NCBI GenBank assembly: GCA_046331705.1
Contig: JAXLQJ010000018.1
Location: 1 to 64,000 of the forward strand
DNA from: a bacterium
GTDB lineage: Bacteria > JADJOY01
Direction: 5' to 3'
DNA length: 64,000 nt
Part shown: one piece after another, positions 1-9,395 of the stretch
Layout of the letters: each line of letters starts with the position of its first letter
Numbering within the stretch: position 1 is the first letter of the stretch
Translations under genes and position numbers: made by a program
Notes under the pieces: generated by a model
What the model saw: only the letters and a program-made list of their open reading frames with translations
Database searches by the model: none
Told to the model about the DNA's origin: nothing

Positions 1-512
1 AGCCACGAGAGCCACGGATCGGCCCACGTCCGATAGATCGCCTGTCGCGTCGCCAGCACCAGCGCGAGCAGCGCCATCACGCGCAGCACCGGCGGCGGTG
101 CCCGCACGCCGCGAACCACGTGCGCCGGCCCGGTCCGCCCGAGACGAGCGTCGAGCGCCAGCGTGGTCACCAAACGGAGGATGAGCCCCCAATAGGCGAG
201 CATCCAGAGCGGGATCGACGAGAACGGATCGAGATCGCTCGGCACGCCGTAGCGGTAGACGCCGTGGCGAACCACGGTGTTCCAATCGTTGCAGGCGCCG
301 ATCAGCGCACAGCCGCCCAGAAAGAGCGTCTCGCGGCCCATGGGCAACGGGCGCGCGCTCGCGGGGAGTCGCCTCCACGCGAGGAGCCGCGCCGCGTAGG
401 CGGTCGCGACGACCACCGCCATTCGCGCGGGGCTGCGAGCCTCGAGGCACGCCGCGGCACCAACGCTCACGACCGCCGCGACGTCGATCGCGAGCGCGCG
501 TCCCACGCTCAC
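1..512 (-). CDS. Integral membrane protein (DUF2878/CruF-like signature), runs off the left edge
   Basis: Not in the ORF track. GTG at 512 overlaps the radical SAM stop (GTGA). Manual translation MSVGRALAIDVAAVV...CALIGACNDWNTVVRHGVYRY...IPLWMLAYWGLIL is open and hydrophobic. Confidence 0.7.
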   Translation of the reverse strand, partial: MSVGRALAIDVAAVVSVGAAACLEARSPARMAVVVATAYAARLLAWRRLPASARPLPMGRETLFLGGCALIGACNDWNTVVRHGVYRYGVPSDLDPFSSIPLWMLAYWGLILRLVTTLALDARLGRTGPAHVVRGVRAPPPVLRVMALLALVLATRQAIYRTWADPWLSW

Positions 513-1732
513 CGGGCCCCCAGGAACTCGCCGACCTCCGACAGCAACGAGAGCGGGTGCAAGAGCCCGTGCGCGTAGGCGTCGGTCGAATAGTTCTGCG
601 CCCAGTTGCAGCGCGCGCCGCAGCGGCCCGCGAATCCCGCGGGATCCACGTGCTGGGTGCAATGCGCCCACAGCGCGTCGACGTGGTCGAACGCGAGCAC
701 GTCGGCCTTGAACGGCTCCACATCCACCGAGGCCTTGCACGGCCAGAAGAGCGAGCCGTCGTGATCGACGTGCGGCTTGAGGGTGTTGCGGCAATCGAGC
801 GGCTGGGAAAGCAGCAGGCGGCGGTTGAGACGCGCCGAGCCGTTGATCCGATGACCCGCGGCCTTCCGCGCGAGGATGAGCTTCACGAGCTCGTCGTACG
901 CCGGATCGGCGTGGAGATCGCGCAGCGCCGCGGGGCCGTGGTTCTGCGGCACCGGCGAGAACCAGATCCCGAGATCGCACGCGAGGTCGAGCACGTGGCG
1001 CGCCTGCTCGAGAGCGCCGGGCTGGATCACGGTGTTCACGACCAGCTTCACGCGCATCTCCTGCGCCAGCTCGCGAAGCACCAGCAGCGTCTCGAGCACG
1101 TCCTCGGGATGCGGGTAGTCCCAGGTGCGCGCGAGCCAGTCGAGATCGAGGCCGTCGAGGCTCACCACCACGATGTCCACGTCGGCGAGGAACGCCCGCC
1201 ACGCCGGCTGCGCGAGCTGGCGGCCGAGCGCGCTGCCGTTGGTGTTCACGATGATCGGGAAGTACGCGAGGTCGCGCGCGTGGCGCACCAGCTCGGGCAG
1301 ATCCTTGCGCAGCGTGGGCTCGCCGCCAGCGAAGTAGACGCTGGTGGCGCGGGTGCGCATCACCGCGAGCAGCCGCTTGCCCTGCTCCGTGTCGAGCGCA
1401 CCGTCGAGGGGAAGGTCTGGGTAGCGACGGCCGCGATGGTCATCGCAATAGCTGCAGCGGAAGTTGCAGCAGCGGTGCGTGGTCCAGATGAAGTAGAGCG
1501 GCAGGAGATCCTCGCGTCCGGCACGCGCTCGGCGACGATTCTCGACGAAGCACCGCGCCGCGCCGACGATGCTGCGTGCGCGGCGGGTCGCGTCGCGCGG
1601 CAACGAGCGTGGCGGCGAGAGCTCGCGCCGAAGCTCCTCCGCGCGCCGCCGGGCGCGCGCGCCGAGCGCTGCCCAGTCGGGGTGACCTGGCCGCGGCTGG
1701 TAGAGCGAGAACGGCGTCCGCGCTGTGGCCAT
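509..1732 (-). CDS. Radical SAM protein with C-terminal Cys-containing (SPASM/twitch-like) region
   Basis: CNFRCSYC (CxxxCxxC), GGEP motif, NTNG, SLDG; C-terminal CRN..WPC..CGARCNW. Start re-called to ATG 1732 just after the TetR stop. Confidence 0.9.
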   Translation of the reverse strand: MATARTPFSLYQPRPGHPDWAALGARARRRAEELRRELSPPRSLPRDATRRARSIVGAARCFVENRRRARAGREDLLPLYFIWTTHRCCNFRCSYCDDHRGRRYPDLPLDGALDTEQGKRLLAVMRTRATSVYFAGGEPTLRKDLPELVRHARDLAYFPIIVNTNGSALGRQLAQPAWRAFLADVDIVVVSLDGLDLDWLARTWDYPHPEDVLETLLVLRELAQEMRVKLVVNTVIQPGALEQARHVLDLACDLGIWFSPVPQNHGPAALRDLHADPAYDELVKLILARKAAGHRINGSARLNRRLLLSQPLDCRNTLKPHVDHDGSLFWPCKASVDVEPFKADVLAFDHVDALWAHCTQHVDPAGFAGRCGARCNWAQNYSTDAYAHGLLHPLSLLSEVGEFLGAR

Positions 1733-1737
1733 GGGGA

Positions 1738-2394
1738 TCACCGAGCGCGGGCGGTCGTGCGACGGGTCCGCGCGGAAGGAGAGATGAGATTCGCGAGCGC
1801 ACCCGAGGTCAGCTCGACGAGCACGGCTTCGGCCTCCGCGCGACGGGTTCCCGGCACGAGCACGTACCGCAGCCCGACGCGCAGCCAGAGCGCGAGCAGG
1901 CCGTGCGCCGCCAGGTCGACGTGGCGGCGCTCGTCGGCGCCCGCGCGCGCCACGAGCGCCGAGGTCAGCGCCGCGAGCGCGGGCGGATTGATGCCGGTGG
2001 CGAGCGACTCGGCGGGCAACCCCGAGGTCGCGCGCTCGGCATAGAAGCGCACCAGCGCACGATCGTCGTCGAGCGCGCCGAGGAAGAGGCGCGCGGCCTC
2101 GGCGACGATCCCCGCGAGGGGGCGCGCGACGTCGGCGAGAAGCGGCGCGAGCTCGCGCGACAGGGTGTCGTTGAAGCCTTCGAGGAGCGCGTCCGCCGCC
2201 GCCTCGCGACTCGCGAAGTGGACGTAGAACGTGCCGTGGGCGACCCCTGCTTCGCGGGCGATGTCGGCGACCACGGTGCCCGCGTAGCCCTGGCGCTCGA
2301 AGCAACGACGCGCCGCGGCGAGCAGCGCCGCCCGCGTGGCGGCCTTCTGCTCGCGGCGAGTGGAGCCGGCGACGGGCCTACGTTTCACTGACAT
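1738..2394 (-). CDS. TetR/AcrR family transcriptional regulator
   Basis: HTH: TRAALLAAARRCFERQGYAGTVVADIAREAGVAHGTFYVHFASRE. Confidence 0.95.
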   Translation of the reverse strand: MSVKRRPVAGSTRREQKAATRAALLAAARRCFERQGYAGTVVADIAREAGVAHGTFYVHFASREAAADALLEGFNDTLSRELAPLLADVARPLAGIVAEAARLFLGALDDDRALVRFYAERATSGLPAESLATGINPPALAALTSALVARAGADERRHVDLAAHGLLALWLRVGLRYVLVPGTRRAEAEAVLVELTSGALANLISPSARTRRTTARAR

Positions 2395-2405
2395 ATAGTC
2401 AGTGA
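2385..2405. promoter_or_regulatory. Perfect palindrome TCACTGAC-ATATA-GTCAGTGA over the TetR start codon (probable autoregulatory operator)
   Basis: 8-bp perfect arms, AT-rich in a GC-rich background, covering the ATG at 2392-2394. Confidence 0.75.
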
Positions 2406-2519
2406 TATCTCATCAGCGAAATGCGCGCAAGCGGTCCGCGGCGACTGGCGCCCAGTGGCCGGGGGCAGCGCGTCGCGCCACCGGCGCGCGCTCGGACACG
2501 AACCGCAACTCGGCGATCA

Positions 2520-2542
2520 CCGCGGCGCGAAAGCGCCCGCGG
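2520..2542. other. GC-rich hairpin (CCGCGGCGC-GAAA-GCGCCCGCGG), possible terminator
   Basis: Stem-loop with one bulge just downstream of the B12 radical SAM stop; no clear U tract. Confidence 0.3.
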
Positions 2543-2556
2543 CACCGAGGCCACGT

Positions 2557-4155
2557 TCAGGCTTCGATGGCGGAGCCGAGAGCGGCGACGTGGGCGTTGT
2601 GCCCGCGGACGGTGCCGTCGGTGCGCATGGGCGCCATCGCGCCGCCCTGCGAGCCGACGGGCCGCTCGCGATACTCGGAGAAGGGCTGCGAGCGCTTGCG
2701 CAAGATGCCCATGCCGTTCCGGACCAAACGACGCAGGCGCGCCTCGGGCAGCCAGCCCACCCAGCCGCGGCGCACGCGCGCGCGCGCCAGATTGGAGTAG
2801 AGCCGCCCCAGTCGCCCGCGGTGCTTGGCGTCGAGGTAACCCGAGAACTCGTGGACATCGCAGATGTAGCGCGACCACGCGGGGGTGCACGCCACGTTCA
2901 GGTCCTTGAACTCGGCCGTCACCCAATCCTCGAGCCGCGACGGCGGAACCCAGCCGGCACCCACGGCGACGTCGTAGAGCGGTGTGCCTGGATACGGCGA
3001 GAAGAGCGAGCAGTTGTAGACGAAGGCGTCGGGATAGTCGTCGAGGAGCCGATCCATGAGGCGCAGCGTGTCGGTGACCTCGGCGAGCGTCTCCTCGGGA
3101 AAGCCCACCATGAAGTTGTAGTGGGGAACGATTCCCGCTTCCTTGAGCTTGCGATTGGCGACCAGGCACTCGTCGAAAGTCGTGTATTTGTCGATGCGCT
3201 GCTGCGTGGTGTTCGAACCCGACTCGATGCCGATGCGCAGCTCGCGGATGCCGGCGCGGTGGAGCAGCTTGAGGAACTCCACGTCGTAGCGCGAGATGTA
3301 ATCGATGCGGCAGTTGGCGTTGTAGAACTCGACGTCCAGCCCACGGGCGATGATCCGCTCGGCGATCTCCCCCACCCGGCGCTTCGACTGGAAGAAGTTG
3401 TCGTCGAGCATGAACACCGCCCGAAGGTCGAAGCGCTGGATCAGGTCCTCGATCTCCGCCACGACGCGGGCGGGCGAGCGGGCCCGGAAGCGCATGTCGT
3501 TGAACTCGAGGTTGTAGCAATAGCCGCACGGGTGGGCGCAGCCGCGGCTCGATTGATACGCGAGCGAGGCCTTGCCGGTGTAGAAGGCCGTGACCTTGTA
3601 GGCGTCGATGTCGGGAATGAGCGTGTAGTCGGTGGAGGGCAGCCGCTCCACGTCGAGGAGCGCGCGCGGCTTGGTCTTGATCGTCGCGCCGTCGCGCTTG
3701 AAGCCGATCCCGTCCACCGTCGCCAGATCCCGCCCCGTGAGCAGCGCCTGCGCGAGCTCGGGAGCGGCCAGATCGCCCTCGCCGACCACCACCACGTCCA
3801 CGTCCGGATGAGCGAGGGTCTGGTCCGGCAGCAGGCTCGGATGGACGCCGCCCCACACCACCGGCACGCCGGGAGCCACCTCTTTGCAGATCCGCGACGC
3901 CTGCAGGCCGCCCTTGATCTGCACCCCGGTCATCGACGACACGCCGAAGAAGACCGGCTCCTTGGTGAGCGCCTCGCGCAGCCTCGCGGGCCAGTCCTCG
4001 TGGATGCGCTGATCGATGATCTCGACGGCGAACCCGGCGGCGGCGAGCGGTGTCGCGATGGCCAACGTGCCGAGCGGCAGGATCTGGCGATCCTGGAACC
4101 GCCCGGCGCGGCGGACGTCGTGATGGTCCGGGAAGAAGAGAACGACGCGGTTCAT
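2557..4155 (-). CDS. Cobalamin (B12)-binding domain radical SAM protein
   Basis: PLG..IA, GVSSMT, VVWGGVHPS, VGEGD (B12 domain); SSRGCAHPCGYC; DDNF; GIESGS; PYPGTPLY. Confidence 0.93.
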   Translation of the reverse strand: MNRVVLFFPDHHDVRRAGRFQDRQILPLGTLAIATPLAAAGFAVEIIDQRIHEDWPARLREALTKEPVFFGVSSMTGVQIKGGLQASRICKEVAPGVPVVWGGVHPSLLPDQTLAHPDVDVVVVGEGDLAAPELAQALLTGRDLATVDGIGFKRDGATIKTKPRALLDVERLPSTDYTLIPDIDAYKVTAFYTGKASLAYQSSRGCAHPCGYCYNLEFNDMRFRARSPARVVAEIEDLIQRFDLRAVFMLDDNFFQSKRRVGEIAERIIARGLDVEFYNANCRIDYISRYDVEFLKLLHRAGIRELRIGIESGSNTTQQRIDKYTTFDECLVANRKLKEAGIVPHYNFMVGFPEETLAEVTDTLRLMDRLLDDYPDAFVYNCSLFSPYPGTPLYDVAVGAGWVPPSRLEDWVTAEFKDLNVACTPAWSRYICDVHEFSGYLDAKHRGRLGRLYSNLARARVRRGWVGWLPEARLRRLVRNGMGILRKRSQPFSEYRERPVGSQGGAMAPMRTDGTVRGHNAHVAALGSAIEA

Positions 4156-4335
4156 GCGGGCCTGCTCCAGGCTCGATCACTCTACCCTGCCGATTTCGCG
4201 CACGTCACCCGAGCGGGCGCGGCCGGCGGCCGCCGTGGCCCGCGGCTCCGTCGGCGCGATAGAACCTCACGCGGACGGCTCGCTTCGATGCACGCTTCCC
4301 GTCCCGCCCACGGGAAGAGATCGGAGTTCGCGAAG

Positions 4336-6396
4336 ATGCACCATCGCCTGCCACGCGCTTCCCGCTTCGTCGCGCTCTCGGCGACCGTGCCGGCGCTCGC
4401 CCTCGCGGTGCTCGCGACGGCGGGCGGCTGCTCGTCCGATCGCGGCTCGTCCCCGACCGCGGCGACGCTCGCCGAGATCGACGGTGCCGTGAGCGCCGTC
4501 CAGAGCGTGGAGATCGACGATGCGTTCTGGAGCCCGCGCCGCGAGCAGATTCGAACGGTGACGCTGCGCGACCAATACCAGCAGCTCGAGACTCACCACC
4601 GCGTCGAGAATCTGCGCATCGCCGCTGGCGAGCGGCCGGGCGTCCACGAAGGGCTCGAGTTCGACGACTCGGACGTCTACAAATGGCTGGAGGCCGCGTC
4701 CTACCAGCTCGCCCTGCATCCCGAGGACGGCGAGCTTCGGTCGCTCGCGGACGAGCTGGTGCGGTTGATCGCCGCGGCGCAAGCGCCCGACGGCTACCTC
4801 TACACCTTCTACCAGACGCTCGCGCCCGAGCGCCGCTGGTCGATTCCGTGGATGACCCACGAGCTCTACTGCGCCGGACATCTGATCGAGGCGGGCGTGG
4901 CGCACGAGGCGGCCACCGGCAGCGCGGCGCTCCTCGGCCCCGCGATTCGCTTCGCCGATCTGGTCGACCAGACCTTCGGTCCGGGCAAGAACGAGCACGT
5001 GCCGGGGCACCCGGAGATCGAGCTCGCGCTGGTGAAGCTCCATCGACGCACCGGCGACGAGCGGTACCTGGACCTCGCTCGGTTCTTCGTCGATCGCCGC
5101 GGCCATTTCGACGACTACCACCGCGAGATCGTCGCCGATCTGGTCGACTACGCGGCGGTGAACCTGCTCGCCGAACGGAAGCGCGGGTCCGACCGTTCGA
5201 CGGCGCGCAGCGAGGCCGCGCGGCCGGCGGCGCGCGACGCGCAGGCGCCGCTCGCGGTGCGCACCGTGCAGAGCTTCTACTCGGGCGCTTATTTCCAGAA
5301 CCGCCTGCCGCTCCTCGACACCACCGTCGCCGAAGGTCACGCGGTCCGTGCCATGTACTTCTACGCCGGCGCCGCGGCACTGCACCTCGCGCGCCCCGAC
5401 CAGAACCTCCTCGGCGCGCTCGCGACGCTCTGGTCCAACACGATCGAGCGCCGCACGTACCTGACCGGCGGCATGGGCTCGTTGCCCTACATCGAGGGTT
5501 TCGGCGAGGACTACGAGTTGCCCAACGCGTCGTACGCCGAGAGCTGCGCCGCGATCGGCTCGTTCCTCTTCTCGTGGCGGATGCTGCTCGCCACCGGCGA
5601 CGCGCGTTACGCGGACCAGATGGAGCGCACGCTCTACAACGGGCTCCTGGCGGGCATCTCCCTCGACGGCAAGCATTACTTCTACGAGAACCCGCTCAGC
5701 GACGACGGCTCGCGCGAGCGGCAGTCGTGGTACACGGTCTCGTGCTGCCCGCCGAACCTGGCGCGGACGATCTCTTCGCTGCAGCGCTATCTCTTCGCGC
5801 AACGCGGCCGCGAGGTGTGGGTCCACCAGTATGTCGGCAGCCGTGCGTCGCTCGAGGTGCCCGGCGGCCGGCTCGGCCTGCGGGTGCGAAGCGAGCTGCC
5901 GTGGGAGGGCGAGGTCTCGATCGAGGTCGATCTCGCGACGCCAACCGATCTCACGTTCGAGCTGCGGATCCCGGCGTGGGCGACCACGAGCGAGATCCGC
6001 GTCAACGGCGAGCCCGTCGCCGGCGCCGACGCACCCGAGCCGGGAACGTATGCGGCGATCACGCGGCGCTGGACGGACGGCGACCGGATCTCGCTCCATC
6101 TCGAGCTCGTGCCGCGGCTCGTCGAGTCGCCGCCCGAGGTCGTCGCCAACCTGGGCAAGGCCGCCATCGTGCGGGGGCCGCTCGTCTACTGCCTGGAAGA
6201 CAAGGACAACGACCTCGACGTCCACGCCGCGCGGATCGGCACGGAGGTTCCCACGGCAGTGGCGGCGCCCGCGCTGCTCGGCGGCGTCGTGACCGCCGTC
6301 GGCAACAACCGCGACGGCGTGCCCTACACCGCCATCCCCTACTTCGCGTGGGCCAATCGCGGCCGCTCGCACATGGAAGTGTGGCTGGCGCGCTGA
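4336..6396 (+). CDS. Glycoside hydrolase family 127 (beta-L-arabinofuranosidase-like), predicted lipoprotein
   Basis: FDDSDVYKWLEA, HELYCAGH, GHPEIELAL, GHAVRAMY, YAESCAAIG, SCCPPN, IPYFAWANRG; lipobox-like LATAGGC. Start re-called. Confidence 0.93.
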   Translation: MHHRLPRASRFVALSATVPALALAVLATAGGCSSDRGSSPTAATLAEIDGAVSAVQSVEIDDAFWSPRREQIRTVTLRDQYQQLETHHRVENLRIAAGERPGVHEGLEFDDSDVYKWLEAASYQLALHPEDGELRSLADELVRLIAAAQAPDGYLYTFYQTLAPERRWSIPWMTHELYCAGHLIEAGVAHEAATGSAALLGPAIRFADLVDQTFGPGKNEHVPGHPEIELALVKLHRRTGDERYLDLARFFVDRRGHFDDYHREIVADLVDYAAVNLLAERKRGSDRSTARSEAARPAARDAQAPLAVRTVQSFYSGAYFQNRLPLLDTTVAEGHAVRAMYFYAGAAALHLARPDQNLLGALATLWSNTIERRTYLTGGMGSLPYIEGFGEDYELPNASYAESCAAIGSFLFSWRMLLATGDARYADQMERTLYNGLLAGISLDGKHYFYENPLSDDGSRERQSWYTVSCCPPNLARTISSLQRYLFAQRGREVWVHQYVGSRASLEVPGGRLGLRVRSELPWEGEVSIEVDLATPTDLTFELRIPAWATTSEIRVNGEPVAGADAPEPGTYAAITRRWTDGDRISLHLELVPRLVESPPEVVANLGKAAIVRGPLVYCLEDKDNDLDVHAARIGTEVPTAVAAPALLGGVVTAVGNNRDGVPYTAIPYFAWANRGRSHMEVWLAR

Positions 6397-6489
6397 GCGC
6401 GGGGCGCGGCGCGGCGGTGCCGCTCGCGCGCGAGGACAGGCGTGCGCCGAGCGCCGCGAATCCCCTATGATCGCGCGCGGAGGGTGCCC

Positions 6490-7002
6490 ATGACCGAACG
6501 CCGCAAGCCTCGCCCGCGTCCCCGACCGCGCTTCGTGCTCCGCTCGCCGCTCTCGCCCACCGAGGTCGCGACGCGCATCAACGACTTCATCCATTCGTCC
6601 TCGCGGGTGCGCGGGATCGCGTTCGATCACCGAATCGAGCTTGCCATCGATGGCGAGGAGCACCACTTCTGGTCACCGCAGGTGGTCGCGAAGGTGGCCG
6701 CCGCCGACGGCGGGGGCGCGGAGATCGACGCGCGCTTCGGACCCGATCCGTACGTGTGGGCGATGTACGTGTTCGGCTACGGGACGCTGGCGGCCGTGAG
6801 CGTGTTCAGCGCCATGTTCGGCATCGCCCAGCTCACGCTGCACCAGCCAGCGACCGCGTTCTTCGTGGCGCCGGCGGCGGCGGTGCTCGCGGGGCTCGTG
6901 TTCGGCGCGTCGTTCGTGGGTCAGGGGCTCGGATCGGACCAGATGTACTTCCTGCGGGCGACACTCGCGAAGCTCACCGACTCCGACGATCCGCCGGTCT
7001 GA
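6490..7002 (+). CDS. Hypothetical membrane protein (two C-terminal TM helices)
   Basis: RPRF..., HHFWSPQ, FGPDPYVW followed by two hydrophobic segments. Confidence 0.75.
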   Translation: MTERRKPRPRPRPRFVLRSPLSPTEVATRINDFIHSSSRVRGIAFDHRIELAIDGEEHHFWSPQVVAKVAAADGGGAEIDARFGPDPYVWAMYVFGYGTLAAVSVFSAMFGIAQLTLHQPATAFFVAPAAAVLAGLVFGASFVGQGLGSDQMYFLRATLAKLTDSDDPPV

Positions 7003-7015
7003 CCTTCGACGCCGA

Positions 7016-7034
7016 CCCGCGCGCGGCGCGCGGG
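7016..7034. terminator. Hairpin between convergent genes
   Basis: CCCGCGCG-CGG-CGCGCGGG between stops at 7002 (+) and 7045 (-). Confidence 0.35.
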
Positions 7035-7044
7035 ATCGACCGGT

Positions 7045-8250
7045 TCAGCCGGCGACGGTCGTGCGGCGAGGCTCGGGATCGAAGCGGACGTCGAGGCGCT
7101 CGGGGCCACGAAACGCCATCCCCACGATGCCCGACTCGCCGGCGGGATCGAGCCGCAGGTTGGGCAGCCGATCGAGCAGCGCCTCCAGCGCCACCCGTGC
7201 TTCCGCGTACGCCAGCCGCGAGCCGGCGCAAAAATGGCGTCCCACGCCGAAGGCGAGCATGGAGCTGGTGTCGCGCCGGATGTCCCAGACATCGGGGCGA
7301 TCGAAGACCTCGGGATCGCGATTCGCCGAGCCGATCGAGAGCAGGAGCCGCGAGCCGGCCTCGAGCGGGTAGCCGGCGATCGTGGTCGGGCGCACGTTCT
7401 CGCGCCACACCAGCTGCACCGGCCCCTCCCAGCGCAGCGTCTCGTCCATGACCGGTTGCAGCAGCTCGCGGTTCGCGCGGACCTCGTCCAGCACCGCGGG
7501 ATGGGTGAGCAACGCGGTCATCGCGTTGCCGATCAAGTGATACGTGGTCTCCGCACCCGCGATCACCAAGAGCCGCAGGAAGCTCGTCACCTCCGCGTCG
7601 GTGAGGCGCTCGCCATCGATCTCGGCGTGGACGAGCTGACTCACCATGTCGCCGGTCGGCTCGCGGCGCCGGCTCTCGATCACCGGTTCGAAGTACTTGC
7701 CGAGCTTGTGCGCCGCCTTCATCCCCGCGACCGGATCGCTGCCGACGCGCGTGAGATCGATGGCCCAGCGGTGCACCTGCTCGTAGTCCTCGACCGGCAA
7801 GCCGAGGATCGTCACGAACACCCGCAGCGGGAACGTGAACGTGAAGGCTTGCACGAGGTCCGCGCGTCCTTCGTGAGAGAACGCATCGATCAGCTCGTGG
7901 GCGATCCGCTCCATGCGTCCCGGCAAGTCGCCGCGCAACGCCCGTGGCGCCAGATACGGCGTGATGAGCTGGCGGTGCTTGGTGTGCTCGCGACCGTCCA
8001 TCTCGAGGATGGTGCGTCCGATCACGAAGCCGATCCCGGCGGTGTTGGCCTTGTTCGAGTAGAGCTCGTCGTCCACCAGCGCCGCCATCACGTCGGCGTG
8101 GCGCGTGACCAGGTAGCCCTCGTAGCCCGTCCCCCAGAGCTTGGTGACCGGTGATTCGCGGCGCAGCCGCGCGTACACCGAATACGGATCGGGAACCGGC
8201 GCCGACTCGTTGCCGCCGAAGAGATCGATCAGCGTGACCGTGTCGCTCAT
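7045..8250 (-). CDS. Cytochrome P450
   Basis: AGAETT (I helix), ETLR (ExxR), SANRDP, FGVGRHFCAG heme motif; ATGA overlap with upstream gene. Confidence 0.97.
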   Translation of the reverse strand: MSDTVTLIDLFGGNESAPVPDPYSVYARLRRESPVTKLWGTGYEGYLVTRHADVMAALVDDELYSNKANTAGIGFVIGRTILEMDGREHTKHRQLITPYLAPRALRGDLPGRMERIAHELIDAFSHEGRADLVQAFTFTFPLRVFVTILGLPVEDYEQVHRWAIDLTRVGSDPVAGMKAAHKLGKYFEPVIESRRREPTGDMVSQLVHAEIDGERLTDAEVTSFLRLLVIAGAETTYHLIGNAMTALLTHPAVLDEVRANRELLQPVMDETLRWEGPVQLVWRENVRPTTIAGYPLEAGSRLLLSIGSANRDPEVFDRPDVWDIRRDTSSMLAFGVGRHFCAGSRLAYAEARVALEALLDRLPNLRLDPAGESGIVGMAFRGPERLDVRFDPEPRRTTVAG

Positions 8251-9335
8251 TCGTTCCTCGCCTCGCCGTCCACCACCATCCGCGCCAGCTCGTCGAGCCA
8301 GAAGTCGTCGCCGCCCCAATCCTGCTCGAGCGACATCAGCCGCTTGTAGAAAAGGTGCAGATCGACCTCCCACGTGAATCCCGAGCCGCCGAAGATCTGG
8401 ATCGCATCGGACGCCACGCGCACGTAATTCGCGGATGCATACGCCTTCGTCAACGCCGCGGCGCGATGGCATTCGAGCGCGTCCGCCTGGTCGGCGGCCC
8501 ACAGCGCGTAGTAGGCACCGGCGCGTCCCGTCTCGACCGTCTGCAGCATCTCGGCGGCGAGGTGCGCGATGGACTGGAACGCCCCGATCGGCCTGCCGAA
8601 CTGGACGCGCGTCTTGGCGTGATCGACGGCCAGCGCCAGCGCGGCCTGCGCCGCGCCGAGCCCGTCCACCGCCAGCCCGATCGCCACCCGGTCGACCGCC
8701 AGCTCGAGCGCGTCGATCGGCCCGAGGAGCTCGGCCGGGGTGTCCTCGAGGGTGAGGGTCGCGAATCGCCGCGTGCCGTCCACCGTGGGTTCGCTCGCGA
8801 CGCGCACACCCGGCGCGTCGCGCCGCACGGCCCAGACGTGACTGCCCGCGGTCACCAGGAAGAGGTCTGCAGCCATGCCGTCGAGCACGTGCACCTTGCG
8901 CCCGGTGAGCCGACCCTCCGCCTCGTCGGCGATCGGCTCACGCCAGCGGGCGAATCCGCGCCCGGCATCGACGAGCGCCAGCGTCGCGATCCGCTCGCCC
9001 GCGGCCAGCGCGCGAGCGTGCGCTCGCGCGTCGAGCGCGAGCAGGGCACTCGCGGCGCCCACCGACGAAGCCAGAAACGGCCCCGGGTGCGCCATGCGCC
9101 CCAGCTCCTCGAGCACCACGCCGGCCTCCTGCATGCCGGCGCCCACGCCCCCGAGATCCTCGGGGATCAATAGACCGACGAGCCCGAGATCCGTCATCGC
9201 GCGCCAGATCTCGTCGCTCGTGCCCCGCTCGTCGGCCCACCGTCCGCGCACCCATGCGAGCGGCGCCCGATCGGCGAGGAAGCGCCGCACGCTCGCGCGC
9301 AGCTCGTCTTGCTCGGCGGAAAAGAAGGCATCCAT
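8247..9335 (-). CDS. Acyl-CoA dehydrogenase, FadE27/28-like partner subunit
   Basis: RVQFGRPIGAFQSIAH, IQIFGGSGFTWEVDLHLFYKR; GGAG RBS before ATG 9335. Confidence 0.92.
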   Translation of the reverse strand: MDAFFSAEQDELRASVRRFLADRAPLAWVRGRWADERGTSDEIWRAMTDLGLVGLLIPEDLGGVGAGMQEAGVVLEELGRMAHPGPFLASSVGAASALLALDARAHARALAAGERIATLALVDAGRGFARWREPIADEAEGRLTGRKVHVLDGMAADLFLVTAGSHVWAVRRDAPGVRVASEPTVDGTRRFATLTLEDTPAELLGPIDALELAVDRVAIGLAVDGLGAAQAALALAVDHAKTRVQFGRPIGAFQSIAHLAAEMLQTVETGRAGAYYALWAADQADALECHRAAALTKAYASANYVRVASDAIQIFGGSGFTWEVDLHLFYKRLMSLEQDWGGDDFWLDELARMVVDGEARNE

Positions 9336-9395
9336 GGCGTTCTCCGCCGCGTCACGGGCCGCCACGAAGGCCGCCGCTCGACGCGTTCCGGCGGC

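Noticed and set aside
2455-4335. 1313-aa ORF 2455-6396 as a giant fusion protein
   Set aside because: The first ~627 codons are the antisense shadow of the B12 radical SAM gene; the GH127 signal peptide begins near 4336
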